The position numbers and the translations under genes are program-made. This document shows positions 17,740 to 28,202 of a stretch of 64,000 nucleotides of DNA, piece by piece; position 1 is the first letter of the stretch, and each line of letters begins with the position of its first letter. The DNA is from Ignavibacteriota bacterium (lineage in GTDB: Bacteria > Bacteroidota > Ignavibacteria > UBA10030 > UBA6906), in contig CAWDEM010000004.1 in the NCBI GenBank assembly GCA_963801355.1, forward strand, positions 736,001 through 800,000, read 5' to 3'. The notes below the pieces were generated by a model. The model was given only the letters and a program-made list of their open reading frames with translations, searched no databases and was not told where the DNA came from.

Positions 17740-20019
17740 TTGCGGAATAGGAGGTTCCTCTTGTCATTTTTTCCACATACAGTCATACGCAAACGTCTGC
17801 CTGGATCCTGTTGCCTTCTGCTTGCTTTCTTTCTGGCATTGTGTACCCACACGCATGCTGAAAGTGGTGGCAGTGTTCGCGGTTTTGTTACCGACTCAAC
17901 GAATGGTGAACCGCTGATCTTTGCTAACATTACGGTGCGGGGGATTTCCCGTGGTACTTCAACGGATATCAAGGGATTTTTCTATATCGCCGGCGTTCCC
18001 GAGGGAGACCACGCTCTCATCATTTCGATGGTGGGATATCGCAGGAAAGTGGTTCCTGTTCCGGTGCGTGAAGGAGAAATAACGCACCTCCGGATACGCC
18101 TTGCGCCCGGCAAAATCGAGATGGAGGAGCTGACCATTGTACGTGATCGGTCCGGGCGACCGACCGACAGGGAGGTGGGACTACAGCAGATCTCCGTTCG
18201 GGAGATTAATCTGGCCCCCATCAACACGGAAGCCGACATTTTCCGTATCGTGCAGATGAGTCCCGGGGTGACGATGACCGGTGATGTCACTGCGCGCTAC
18301 TATGTGCGGGGTGGTGGGGGAGACCAGAACATGCTGCTTGTGGACGGCGTCACGATCTATAGTCCATTTCACGCCCTCGGTGTCCTCAGCGTTGTGGATC
18401 CGGATGTGATCGCGGGCCTGGAATTCCACAAAGGCGGGTTTGGCCCCGAGCTGGGCGGCCGGCTTTCGTCGATACTCAACGTCCAGACGCGCGACGGCAA
18501 CAAGAACAGGTTTGGCGCTTCTGCACAGGCGAGTTTACTGACCGGCAAGGTTTCCATTGAAGGCCCCATTCCCGATGGGTCATTTCTCATTGCCGGGCGC
18601 AAAAGCATATCACCAAAGGCCCTTGAGCGTTTCTTGCGGTCATCTGGCGCCCCGTTCGATTTCTATGACCTTTCATTCAAAGTGAACTATGCGAATCCCC
18701 TGCTTGATGAGAATGGCACGCTCAGCGCACATGGCTTCCTCAGCGCCGACAATGTGCGCAGCGACGATCCCTTCAAGGAGGACTATGCGGTACGGAACAC
18801 CGCGATGGGGCTTGAATGGCACAAGGTGTGGCCCAATCCGCTGCATTCGACCGTGCGCGTGGCGTACAGCGGATTTGACGCGGAAGTGCTCCCCAATGCA
18901 AGCGAGGCTGTCCCCCGGTCAAACACCGTGCGCGATGTCACGGTCTCTGCAGATGCCGGATACGTGTACACCAGCAGGGACGAACTGCAATTCGGTCTTG
19001 AGACGAAGTTTCTCTCAACCCGGTACGTGACCGAAAATCTTCTCCGCTTGAAGCGCTCCTTTGATGAACGGGCATGGGATTTAACGATGTATGTGAATTA
19101 TCACTTCCTGCGGTGGGAATCGTTCGGCCTCGATATTGGCATGCGTATCCGGCCCCAACAGCTGGCACGATTTGGCTCGGTAATTTTCGAACCGCGCTTC
19201 AGGGCAAGTTATGCGCCGGTGCCCGTGCTGGTGTTCCATGGGGCAGCCGGGTGGTACTCACAGGAAGTCACAACGTTGATGAACGAAACGGATGTGATTT
19301 CGATCTTTGAACCATGGATCATTGTGCCCGACTACCTGCGGGCCTCCGACGCGGCGCATTTTGTCGCAGGGATAGAGTATGACCTTTCGGAACGGCTCTC
19401 TTTGAACGTCGAGGGGTATTACAAGCCGATGTTCAATCTCTTTGAAGTCAATGAGAAGAAATTCACAGCGGGGGCGCCCGATCACGTCAATGTCGCCGGA
19501 ACCTCGTACGGAGTCGAATGCTCTGTCAAGTGGCTCACGGATGCCGTCTTAATGCAAGCCAGCTATACATTGAGCCGGGCCCGGCTGAATATCGGCGGGG
19601 TGAGCTACACGCCGCGGTACGATGTACGCCATGTGGTCAATGTGAATGCAGGGCTGGAGCTTGGCGACGGATGGATCATTTCCGGAGTCTGGTCTCTCCG
19701 GTCGGGGTTGCCGTTCACGCCGATTGTGGGATTCTATGATCGTGTGGTCCTTTCCCAGGATTCCCCCATCGACGTGCTCAATCCCCAGGAACCGGTTACA
19801 GCCTGGGGAGAACGCAATTCCCAACGGTTGCCGGTCTATCATCGTCTGGACCTCAGCTGTACCAAACGGGTTGACATTGAACCTGTGCGGCTGACCATCG
19901 GCATCAGCGTTACCAATGTGTACGATCGTAAGAATATTTTCTATCTCGACCGCAATACCGGCGAACATATCTATATGCTGCGTTTCGCACCGTCAGTGCT
20001 TGTCAAAGCGGAACTATGA
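17740..20019 (+). CDS. TonB-dependent receptor with N-terminal carboxypeptidase-regulatory-like domain
   Basis: GFVTDSTNGEPLIFANI, plug YVRGGGGDQN, GGRLSSIL, LPVYHRLDL, NVYDRKN; start codon uncertain. Confidence 0.9.
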   Translation: MRNRRFLLSFFPHTVIRKRLPGSCCLLLAFFLALCTHTHAESGGSVRGFVTDSTNGEPLIFANITVRGISRGTSTDIKGFFYIAGVPEGDHALIISMVGYRRKVVPVPVREGEITHLRIRLAPGKIEMEELTIVRDRSGRPTDREVGLQQISVREINLAPINTEADIFRIVQMSPGVTMTGDVTARYYVRGGGGDQNMLLVDGVTIYSPFHALGVLSVVDPDVIAGLEFHKGGFGPELGGRLSSILNVQTRDGNKNRFGASAQASLLTGKVSIEGPIPDGSFLIAGRKSISPKALERFLRSSGAPFDFYDLSFKVNYANPLLDENGTLSAHGFLSADNVRSDDPFKEDYAVRNTAMGLEWHKVWPNPLHSTVRVAYSGFDAEVLPNASEAVPRSNTVRDVTVSADAGYVYTSRDELQFGLETKFLSTRYVTENLLRLKRSFDERAWDLTMYVNYHFLRWESFGLDIGMRIRPQQLARFGSVIFEPRFRASYAPVPVLVFHGAAGWYSQEVTTLMNETDVISIFEPWIIVPDYLRASDAAHFVAGIEYDLSERLSLNVEGYYKPMFNLFEVNEKKFTAGAPDHVNVAGTSYGVECSVKWLTDAVLMQASYTLSRARLNIGGVSYTPRYDVRHVVNVNAGLELGDGWIISGVWSLRSGLPFTPIVGFYDRVVLSQDSPIDVLNPQEPVTAWGERNSQRLPVYHRLDLSCTKRVDIEPVRLTIGISVTNVYDRKNIFYLDRNTGEHIYMLRFAPSVLVKAEL

Positions 20020-21008
20020 GAATACCCGTGTGGTGTACAGGTGCAATCATGGCAATCCTGCTGGCGCCGGGTTGCGATGAGGATTTCTCGCCTAAGATTC
20101 CCGGCGGGACCCGGTATTACCTGTTCTGTATTGTGGATGCAACGCCGTTGGGCGGTAGTATGCAGTTTGCCGTGGTTGACAGAATGTACGATGTTGAGGG
20201 TTTGAACCCGGCACTGAACACCTTTGACCCCTTTGTCGGGGGAGCCGAAATCGTCCTTACTGTCCGCGGACAGCAGTATATTTTCCGCCAGGGTGTGATG
20301 GCACGGCTTGATACGTCTCGATACACCACCGCCGTGCACTACTACTATGCTCGAGGAATGACGATCGTTGCACGGGATGCTGTCGTCATTCGGGCGACGC
20401 TGCCGGACAGTACAGTGCTTTCAGCCTCTACGGTGGTTCCCGACTTCAATGCCGCGGAGTCGATACCGCAGTTCGCCAACGGCGTGACCACCCTCGTGAA
20501 TCGGTACACAATCGGAGACAAATGGCTGCTTGTGTGGGAGGGTCTTCTTTCATCGGAAGAGCACCTGTTCTTTCCCCGCCTTCTGCTCACGTATACTGTC
20601 ACGGACAGCGCCGGAACGCACTATCATTTCGAACCCGTCCCGCTCAAATATGTGCAGTATAACGGGCAGTATCTTCCTGTGTATTGCTCGTACCAGACCA
20701 CCGCTTCATTGGCAGTGGAGTTTGACGCTCTGGACCGGTTCATGGAAGGGATCGGTCAGGGAATCGCGGATAAATCCAGCATCCACGTTCAGTATTTGAC
20801 GCTTCAAGTGATCGAATGCGATCAGGCGCTCTCGCGGTACTATAGCAGCGTGAACGGGTATATGGACCAGTTCTCCGTGCGTCTTGATGAGCGGACCTAC
20901 ACCAATATCCAGGGAGGTGAAGGGATTTTCGGGTCGTCTACAACGACCTCGATGAAATTCCCCGTGAATGCAAAGTATGCGGGCCGGTTTGGCTACCAGG
21001 TGGAGTGA
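20016..21008 (+). CDS. DUF4249-family lipoprotein (TonB receptor partner)
   Basis: Lipobox APGC, C-terminal YTNIQGGEGIFGS; ATGA overlap with receptor. Confidence 0.8.
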   Translation: MRIPVWCTGAIMAILLAPGCDEDFSPKIPGGTRYYLFCIVDATPLGGSMQFAVVDRMYDVEGLNPALNTFDPFVGGAEIVLTVRGQQYIFRQGVMARLDTSRYTTAVHYYYARGMTIVARDAVVIRATLPDSTVLSASTVVPDFNAAESIPQFANGVTTLVNRYTIGDKWLLVWEGLLSSEEHLFFPRLLLTYTVTDSAGTHYHFEPVPLKYVQYNGQYLPVYCSYQTTASLAVEFDALDRFMEGIGQGIADKSSIHVQYLTLQVIECDQALSRYYSSVNGYMDQFSVRLDERTYTNIQGGEGIFGSSTTTSMKFPVNAKYAGRFGYQVE

Positions 21009-21086
21009 ATTGTGTTTGACAACACACCATGTCTCAGCATACTATGAGCATGACAGCCTCATGCACCAGGCAGCGCGTGATCCTGC

Positions 21087-22721
21087 CTACCAGTTCTTCA
21101 CGATCTCCGCAAAACACTCCAGCCCGCTGGGAATCACGGCGCCGTATCCGTGACCGGGTTTCGACCAGGCTCCGGCAAGCCAGAGATTCTTGATGGGTGT
21201 AGCGTGGCCGATGCGTTGTGAACCGGAGTTGTTCACGGTCTGGTCCCATCCGTAGATTGCTCCGCGGTGATGGCCGGTGTAGCGTATATTGGTAAGAGGC
21301 GTCCCGATCTCCTTGACCTCTATTGCCGAAGAAAGTCCCGGAAGCAACGTCTTCTCCACTTTCTGGATCAGCACGTCTGCCATTCTTTCCTTTTCCTTGC
21401 GGTAGGCCCGCTTCTCTCCGGCGAAATAGTCCTTCGCGAACTTCTCCCAGTGGTCGTAACCCTGCAGCGTCAGGATGTTGATGGTGTTCTTCCCGGCAGG
21501 AGAATAACCCTCGAAGATGTTGTCGTAGAGAGAGAGGCCGTAGCCGCCATGTTCGACATCCGCGTTGAGCAGGCCCGCGTAGCCTGCTTCGGGATCGTAC
21601 GCCGGCTCGTAGAATATTTCTGAATCGGTAATCCCCGCGTTCTTGACGAGGTTCGTCTTCAGACCGAGGAACACCTGGAAGCACGACAGGCTCACACTGT
21701 ATTTCCGGCACTCCGTCAGATAGTTGCCGACCAGCGCCTGATCCTGGATCATCGTGCCGAATGTAGCGAAGGGGCTCGCGTTCGAGACGACGACTTTCGC
21801 TTCGAACGTCTTTCCGTCTGCTGTCCCGACTCCGGTGGCGGCGCCGTTCTTGAGCAGAATCTGTTTCACTGTGGTGCCAAGAAGTATGGTTCCACCATGA
21901 CTTCTGATAAATCCTGCAAACGCGTTGCTGATGTCTTGAGAGCGGCCCTTCGGATAGTACCCCCCTCGTGTCAGGTATCCCATGAACGGCATGGCGTAGT
22001 AAAAGCATGAGAGCTTGGAAGGCGGGAGACCGTAATATCCCCATTGAGCCGAGACGATGGCTTTCAGGCGGGGATTCTTGATTCGGGAATCGACCATCTG
22101 GCCCCAGGTCCATTGATGGAACTTGAAGAGATGAGGAAAATCGACGGGGAACTTGCTCATGTCCACCTGCCCCTTTGCATCCGAGATGCGGCCGATATCG
22201 CCGGCCAGTCCCTTCATGTCGTCGAAGAGCCCGGTAATGCCTTCCTTCTCATCGGGGAAGAGGGTGTGCAGCGTGGCAACATAGGCTGCGGGGTTTTTCT
22301 GCTGCACGCGGATGTCGTGTTCGGGAAATATTGTGCGGAAGAGAAAGGGATGCGGCACAAACTCAACATCGGCGAGTTCGGGGAAGCCCCAGATGAGGTT
22401 TGGCACGCCGTTGCGTTCACCAACGGTTGTGGAATGCAACGACACATCGAATGTGAACCCGCCGGGGCGTGAGAAGGCCGTTGCAAAGCCCCCCACCTTG
22501 TCATGTTGTTCGATCACCAGAGGCCGGAAGCCCTGCCGTGCAAATGCCGCCGCGCAGGAGAGACCGGCAAGGCCGGACCCGATGATGATGGCATCATAGC
22601 CGGAGGGTTGTCTGGCGGACGGTTGAGAGAAGGGGAGTGCATCCCAGTCGATGGCCGCGGTAGTGAACATTCCTGCGAGCATTTCCAGGAATTCGCGTCG
22701 TGGTACACAGAAATCGTTCAT
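21087..22721 (-). CDS. FAD-dependent oxidoreductase, phytoene desaturase / retinol saturase family, with twin-arginine-like leader
   Basis: IIIGSGLAGLS dinucleotide motif, EQHDKVGG, FTFDVSLH, TPLTN.RYTG...GAIYG, TPIKNLWLAG..S.PGHG; N-terminal PRREFL. Confidence 0.9.
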   Translation of the reverse strand: MNDFCVPRREFLEMLAGMFTTAAIDWDALPFSQPSARQPSGYDAIIIGSGLAGLSCAAAFARQGFRPLVIEQHDKVGGFATAFSRPGGFTFDVSLHSTTVGERNGVPNLIWGFPELADVEFVPHPFLFRTIFPEHDIRVQQKNPAAYVATLHTLFPDEKEGITGLFDDMKGLAGDIGRISDAKGQVDMSKFPVDFPHLFKFHQWTWGQMVDSRIKNPRLKAIVSAQWGYYGLPPSKLSCFYYAMPFMGYLTRGGYYPKGRSQDISNAFAGFIRSHGGTILLGTTVKQILLKNGAATGVGTADGKTFEAKVVVSNASPFATFGTMIQDQALVGNYLTECRKYSVSLSCFQVFLGLKTNLVKNAGITDSEIFYEPAYDPEAGYAGLLNADVEHGGYGLSLYDNIFEGYSPAGKNTINILTLQGYDHWEKFAKDYFAGEKRAYRKEKERMADVLIQKVEKTLLPGLSSAIEVKEIGTPLTNIRYTGHHRGAIYGWDQTVNNSGSQRIGHATPIKNLWLAGAWSKPGHGYGAVIPSGLECFAEIVKNW

Positions 22722-22742
22722 GTCAGCCTCGCACGTGGTGGT

Positions 22743-23306
22743 TCACATTGCCGGCCACAACCAGCCGAACGTTCCCGCCGTTACCAATGCATACAGGAGC
22801 CCGTCAAAGGTACTCTTCAGCGTTACCGACCATGGACGTTTGAACCAGATTGATTCCTGCCAGCCGCCGATGGCATACGCCGCGAATGCAGTGACGCCGG
22901 CATACCGGAAAACAGAGAGGTAGGGGTCACCGGGATGCAGAACGCGGCCGGTAACGTATGCTGCAAAAATGCTCACCACGATGCTGTACATGAACCACTG
23001 GGCGAGCGAGCCGACCATGGAATCAGAACCACCGGGCCAGATTGTCAGGATCGCTCCGGGACCTTTCTTCACCTTCTCCAGATACTCCGGGGACTTCATA
23101 TCTTTGGAGGTGGCTGCACGGGGCATCATGTACTGTCCCGCGGGAATGTTGAATTTGCGCAGAGCCTCCATAAGCCCGTCTTCATCCGGAACCTTCCGGT
23201 AGTCGTTCGCGTGATATCCGAGCACCATGTGGATCAACGAACTGAGAATGAATACGAATACCGCCGAAAGAAGGATGGGGAGCCAGAGAGCGCCGATGGA
23301 TACCAT
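22743..23306 (-). CDS. Conserved-looking hypothetical membrane protein
   Basis: 187 aa, about four hydrophobic segments, AGGAGG upstream. Confidence 0.75.
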   Translation of the reverse strand: MVSIGALWLPILLSAVFVFILSSLIHMVLGYHANDYRKVPDEDGLMEALRKFNIPAGQYMMPRAATSKDMKSPEYLEKVKKGPGAILTIWPGGSDSMVGSLAQWFMYSIVVSIFAAYVTGRVLHPGDPYLSVFRYAGVTAFAAYAIGGWQESIWFKRPWSVTLKSTFDGLLYALVTAGTFGWLWPAM

Positions 23307-23413
23307 AGCTGCCTCCTGAGATATGGGATGGAGAGTGGGAACGACGGTGGAAGGTAGGATATTCCAGAGGCAGAGGCAAGGGTACGATTGGAGGAGACTT
23401 TTACTCGAGACTT

Positions 23414-24631
23414 TTACTCGTACCGGAGCGCGTCAATCGGGTTCAACATTGCTGCTTTTCGCGCAGGGTAGAACCCAAAAAAAACACCGATGGCAATAGA
23501 AAATCCAAAGGAAAGAATGATCGAGAACGTAGTAATAATAGTCGGCCATTTGGCAAGGCCAGAGATAAGTGACGAGCCGATCACTCCCAGGAGGATACCC
23601 GTTGTACCCCCGAGGAGACTGAGGACCAGTGCCTCCACCAGGAATTGCAGAAGGATGTCGCGGGACCGTGCTCCGACGGACATCCGGATACCGATTTCTC
23701 TTGTTCGTTCCGTCACGGAGACCAGCATGATGTTCATGATGCCGATGCCACCGACGAGAAGTGAGACCGAGGCGATACTTGCCAGGAGGATCGTGAGTAT
23801 ATCCGTCGTGGCTGTTGCTGCGGTGGCCAGATCGGCCTGATTCCTGATCGTGAAGTCATCCGGCTCGGAGGCAATGAGTTTGTGCCGCATGCGTAGCAGG
23901 TCGGTAATCTGCTTCTGGGCGACACTGATGTTCGCCGGGCTCGTTGCGGAAACAAGAACCTGGCGGAGGTAGGGGAACCGACTGAGGCGGCGCCCGACGG
24001 TGGTATACGGTGCAAGAATGACGTCGTCCTGATCCTGCCCCATGGCGTTCTGTCCCTTCTTGGCCAGAACTCCGACCACTTTACAGGGAACATTGCGGAT
24101 GCGCACATTCTGTCCGACAGGGCTCTCGTCAGGAAAGAGGTTGTCTGCCACAGTGCTGCCGAGGACACACACTTTCGCGGCCGCCTTAATGTCCTGTTCC
24201 GTGTAGAAATCGCCGTATTCAACCGACCACTTCCTGATCTCCAGATAATCCGCCCCCGTTCCTTCAATGCCCGTGGCCCAATTGAGATTTCCTGCGATTA
24301 CCTGGCCTCCGGCTCGAGTTCCGGGCGACACCAGGGCAACGGCCGGACATTCGTGTGTGATGGCTTGCGCATCTTCCTCTGTGAGAGTGGTCACCGATCC
24401 TGCACCAAAATGTACTCCGGCGGTCTGTTGTGCTCCCGGCAGGATGATGAGGACATTGGTACCCAGTGAGCTGATTTGTTGTTCAACCGAGAACTGCGCA
24501 CCCTGGCCTATCGCAAGCATTGCGATCACTGCGGCGACGCCGATAATGATGCCGAGCATCGTCAGAAATGAACGCATTTTGTTCCGCCGTAATGCGCGAA
24601 AGGCTGAGAGCAGGATATTCATGAGCTTCAT
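23414..24631 (-). CDS. MacB-type ABC transporter permease
   Basis: [50 protein letters not shown]. Confidence 0.95.
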   Translation of the reverse strand: MKLMNILLSAFRALRRNKMRSFLTMLGIIIGVAAVIAMLAIGQGAQFSVEQQISSLGTNVLIILPGAQQTAGVHFGAGSVTTLTEEDAQAITHECPAVALVSPGTRAGGQVIAGNLNWATGIEGTGADYLEIRKWSVEYGDFYTEQDIKAAAKVCVLGSTVADNLFPDESPVGQNVRIRNVPCKVVGVLAKKGQNAMGQDQDDVILAPYTTVGRRLSRFPYLRQVLVSATSPANISVAQKQITDLLRMRHKLIASEPDDFTIRNQADLATAATATTDILTILLASIASVSLLVGGIGIMNIMLVSVTERTREIGIRMSVGARSRDILLQFLVEALVLSLLGGTTGILLGVIGSSLISGLAKWPTIITTFSIILSFGFSIAIGVFFGFYPARKAAMLNPIDALRYE

Positions 24632-25416
24632 TCTTCGTCGTCCTCATCGATTGCCGGCATTTCCTTGAGCACTTCGGACGCGCCCCGCGGATCAGTTGTG
24701 ATCCGATCCGATCGGATCTTGCCATCCCGGAACACAATCTGACGTTTGGCAAAACTCGCGATATCGGGTTCATGAGTCACCAGCAGGATGGTAATACCCT
24801 TCTGGTTGAGGCGCTGAAATATGTCCATCACTTCGACACTTGTTCTGCTATCCAGATTACCCGTAGGTTCATCCGCGAGCACGATGCTCGGATCATTAAC
24901 CAGAGCGCGTGCGATGGCAACGCGTTGCTGTTGTCCGCCCGAGAGCTGGTTGGGGAAGTGATGCACCCGGTCGCTGAGGCCGACGATTTCGAGGGAACGA
25001 ATGGCCCGCTGGTGCCGGTCCTTCTGGGTTGTGCTGGCATAGAGGAGCGGCAGCTCCACATTTTCGAGTGCGGAAGTCCGTGAAAGCAGGTTGAAGCCCT
25101 GGAACACGAATCCGATGTTCCTGTTCCGTAGCTGTGCAAGTTCATCCCGCGAGAGTTTTGCCACATCGATGTCTTCGAGCATGTACGTCCCGCGCGTGGG
25201 CTTGTCCAGGCAGCCGAGGATGTTCATGAAGGTTGACTTGCCCGAACCGGATGCTCCCATGATGGCAACGAAATCGCCCCGTGCGATTGTCAGGGAAATG
25301 CCCCGCAGTGCATGAACCTCTACCTCACCGAGCTGATAGGTCTTGACAAGATGGTCGATCCGGATGAGATGCCCGTTCGACGTCTGAACGGGAGTCTTGC
25401 CGTTGGTACCGATCAT
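24628..25416 (-). CDS. MacB/LolD-type ABC transporter ATP-binding protein
   Basis: Walker [38 protein letters not shown]; start placed at ATG 25416 (ATGA overlap with adaptor stop). Confidence 0.95.
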   Translation of the reverse strand: MIGTNGKTPVQTSNGHLIRIDHLVKTYQLGEVEVHALRGISLTIARGDFVAIMGASGSGKSTFMNILGCLDKPTRGTYMLEDIDVAKLSRDELAQLRNRNIGFVFQGFNLLSRTSALENVELPLLYASTTQKDRHQRAIRSLEIVGLSDRVHHFPNQLSGGQQQRVAIARALVNDPSIVLADEPTGNLDSRTSVEVMDIFQRLNQKGITILLVTHEPDIASFAKRQIVFRDGKIRSDRITTDPRGASEVLKEMPAIDEDDEE

Positions 25417-26783
25417 CGGAACCCACCTCCTCCCGGGCGCGCACCACCACTCTGGGGAGTAAGCGGACTTCTGGCCTGCTCTGCCTGAGCGCCATTCGCA
25501 TAGTTGATGCCCAGCACGACCCGGTCGCCGGCTTTCAGCACGGGGCTGACCGCCTCGGTAGACTTCCCGTCGGTAATTCCGGTCCGCACCATTACCGGCT
25601 CGAGTTTGCCGGAGGCATTGACGACCCATACCCGGCCACGCCCCGTCGGTTGTGACGCCACACTGGCGTTCTTCTGATACTCCGGAAAACGGAGGTCGAT
25701 GCCAAACTGCGTGTGGGTAGGCGGTTTTGTGGTGATTGCCGCAGGCGCGGCCTGTAGAGAATCGCGGAGCGCGCGGAAGCGTTCGCGGCGACTGTCGGCC
25801 ATCCCCGTGTCACCTCTCCCGCCGCCCCGGGAGCCAAGCGCTCCCTTTGCCTTCGTTGTATCGATGACGTCAACCGGTGGTTGGAAACGGAGCGCCATAT
25901 TGGGGATCTTCAGCACGCCCTGTGCGCTCGCAACGAGGATCTTCACATTGGCCGTCATTCCCGGCATGAGTTTCAATTGATCGTTGTTCACGGCAATGAC
26001 AACGGTGTAGTTCACGACATTCTGCACAGTGACCGGCGCCAGTCGTACCTGTGCTACTATTCCCCGGAATGTCTCGTCGGGATAGGAATCAACCGTAAAC
26101 GTGGCTTCCTGGCCCATGCTGATACGCCCGATATCCGATTCGTCGACTGTGGTGAGGACCTGCATCCGTCTCAAGTCATTGGCGATAGTGTAGAGTGTCG
26201 GCGAGGAAAAACTCGCAGCAACAGTCTGGCCGATATTGACTGCGCGGTTGATTACGACCCCGCTGATGGGTGCGTAGATCGTGGCATAGGCGAGATTGAT
26301 TTTTGCGCGGTCGATTGTTGCCTGTGCGGACTTCATGGAGGCGGTGTTGGACTGGAACGTGGTAAGTGCAGCGTCATAGTTCAGCTGTGATTCAAGACCC
26401 CGTACAAGCAGGGTCTCCACCCGGGTGAGACTCCGCCGGCTTTCGTCGAATTGTGCCTTGGCACGGTCAAAATTCGCTTCAGCGTCTTTCACCGCCTGCA
26501 CGAGAAACGTTGAATCGATCTGCGCAATCACCTGGCCCTTCTTCACGACTGAGTTGAAATCAGCGTAGAGTTTTGCCACGATCCCCGAGACCTGTGTTCC
26601 CACATCTACCGTCGTTACCGGGTTGATTGTCCCCGTCGCGGTTACGTACACGGTCAGATCGCCGGTCGTGACTGTATCGAATCTGAAATCATACTTCTCC
26701 GCCTTGTTGCCAACAAACAGATAGTAAGCGACGGCAGCCAGAACAAGGACAACCAGGGATGAGATAACAACTCTCTTGGTCAT
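25413..26783 (-). CDS. Efflux RND/MacA-type periplasmic adaptor subunit
   Basis: N-terminal TM anchor, VDVGTQVSG, APISGVVI, GQTVAASF, VDESDIG, LMPGMTA. Confidence 0.93.
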   Translation of the reverse strand: MTKRVVISSLVVLVLAAVAYYLFVGNKAEKYDFRFDTVTTGDLTVYVTATGTINPVTTVDVGTQVSGIVAKLYADFNSVVKKGQVIAQIDSTFLVQAVKDAEANFDRAKAQFDESRRSLTRVETLLVRGLESQLNYDAALTTFQSNTASMKSAQATIDRAKINLAYATIYAPISGVVINRAVNIGQTVAASFSSPTLYTIANDLRRMQVLTTVDESDIGRISMGQEATFTVDSYPDETFRGIVAQVRLAPVTVQNVVNYTVVIAVNNDQLKLMPGMTANVKILVASAQGVLKIPNMALRFQPPVDVIDTTKAKGALGSRGGGRGDTGMADSRRERFRALRDSLQAAPAAITTKPPTHTQFGIDLRFPEYQKNASVASQPTGRGRVWVVNASGKLEPVMVRTGITDGKSTEAVSPVLKAGDRVVLGINYANGAQAEQARSPLTPQSGGARPGGGGFR

Positions 26784-26927
26784 GAGGACTTCCTACGCAT
26801 AGTGAAAACGGGGTTGGTTCCGCACTTTTTAACAATGAGGCCCAGCATCATAAAGACGCGATTTTTCGGGTTTTTTCCAATTCTTGCCTCGTCTTTCCTC
26901 AGTTAGACCCCGCAGGAGGGTTTTTGT

Positions 26928-27707
26928 TTAACGCGCTTCCGTTACCACTTCTGCAATGAACGCCATCATTCGTTTGTAGTGCGTCCCTTCCCAATAGATG
27001 CGTCCGCACTTGGGGCAAGCGGCAAAGCGTTCGCATGCGGCTCCAACCCGGGCTGGAATGCGTTCGAGAACCGCTTCCTTTGCTGCACTTACCAAAAGGA
27101 TATTGCAGGGGAGGCAACGTGAGAGGGGTTCGGCCGATCCCCCGAGGTCGAAGCGTTTCACAACTTCCAGGATCTGCTTCCGGGGATTGTCTGTCTCTAC
27201 GGCATATGCGCGTACGAGGCGCGGGTCCCGCAGGAGCGCCCGGTCCTTACTCAGGAGGACACGGTGTTCTTCCAGTGAAATACTGATGAGCTGGTCATCG
27301 GTCGATGTCGGCGTGAAGAACGCGTCAAAACCAAACATCCGGAGGAACGTCGCAAGCTTTCCCAGATGAACATCCAGCACGAACGCCGGCCTGCGAAGAG
27401 GTCGTGATCGGAGTCGTTGTATCCGTCCGATATCGAATGTCTCAAAGACCGGATACATGCTGACCCGGTCACCACCCGCAATATGTGTTTCGAATTGCGC
27501 CACTTCGCCGTTGCGCAGCACAAGATCCACCTCCGACCGGGGAATTCCCAACAGCGCGAGAAGCCCGGCTATGGTGGTATCTCCGGGAACCGGCACCGGA
27601 AATGCAGTGAACCGCAATCCGGGTGCGAGGTGGTCGTTCAGTTCTGCATAGCACCGGACATTGACCGTTGCGGTCTCCTGTATCGGAGTCTCAGAGTCCT
27701 TTGACAA
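26928..27707 (-). CDS. Ub-Mut7C / Mut7-C PIN-family RNase with C-terminal Zn ribbon
   Basis: N-terminal YAELND...LGIP..EVDL.L.NG...GDRVSMYP ubiquitin-like domain; FVLDVHLGKLA, LLSKDR, SRCLPCN...CPKCGRIYWEGTHY; start uncertain. Confidence 0.9.
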   Translation of the reverse strand: MSKDSETPIQETATVNVRCYAELNDHLAPGLRFTAFPVPVPGDTTIAGLLALLGIPRSEVDLVLRNGEVAQFETHIAGGDRVSMYPVFETFDIGRIQRLRSRPLRRPAFVLDVHLGKLATFLRMFGFDAFFTPTSTDDQLISISLEEHRVLLSKDRALLRDPRLVRAYAVETDNPRKQILEVVKRFDLGGSAEPLSRCLPCNILLVSAAKEAVLERIPARVGAACERFAACPKCGRIYWEGTHYKRMMAFIAEVVTEAR

Positions 27708-27987
27708 CGTTCAGGAAGTCCTTGTACTGCAGTGCGGACCAGGTTTCCGCTTTCACCGCCCCCTTGGCCATCGTAATCAAGGAAACCTTCGCGGCGGCTC
27801 GTTCATCAGGAGCTTCATAAATATCCATGAAGTCAAATGATCCGAGCAGGGCATAGTGATTTATCCATTTGACTTCGGGGCATTTCTTCTTCACCTCGGC
27901 GAACCATTTGCGACCGACCTGCTCACGGTTCTTCGGCGTCCCGAAGCTGCTCGCCGAGAGTTTCGAAAGAAGAATAAATGTGGCCAT
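27691..27987 (-). CDS. GYD domain-containing protein
   Basis: MATFILLSKL...YALLGSFDFMDIYEAPD...KAETW; GGAG RBS before ATG 27987. Confidence 0.85.
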   Translation of the reverse strand: MATFILLSKLSASSFGTPKNREQVGRKWFAEVKKKCPEVKWINHYALLGSFDFMDIYEAPDERAAAKVSLITMAKGAVKAETWSALQYKDFLNVVKGL

Positions 27988-28117
27988 GGGGACTCCTGTG
28001 GATGATGAATGGAGATCGCTGCTACAACCCCCTGCTCCGAATCTACTGAGCCGGGGTGCTAAACGCAACCGGCGGCAGACTTGGCCGGCCGGAAGATGTG
28101 CCTGGCACATGGTTTGC

Positions 28118-28146
28118 TTGACAATCGAGTTGTGAGGCTGTACCTT
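28118..28146 (+). promoter_or_regulatory. Putative sigma70-type promoter (TTGACA-17-TACCTT)
   Basis: Consensus -35 at 28118-28123, -10 at 28141-28146, upstream of M6 protease. Confidence 0.6.
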
Positions 28147-28202
28147 AAGCCGGAAAGAAGCACCGTATTGTCTCCCTACGGGAGTTCCATACTCAGATTC
28201 GT

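Noticed and set aside
17740-21008. TonB receptor + lipoprotein as the SusC/SusD pair of the glycan operon
   Set aside because: The receptor is short and lacks SusC signatures, and the partner is DUF4249-like rather than SusD; this is a common generic pair, so a link to the glycan genes is unsupported.
21034-22113. 359-aa alternate-frame ORF within the oxidoreductase
   Set aside because: Arg/Pro-rich off-frame translation with no recognisable domain.
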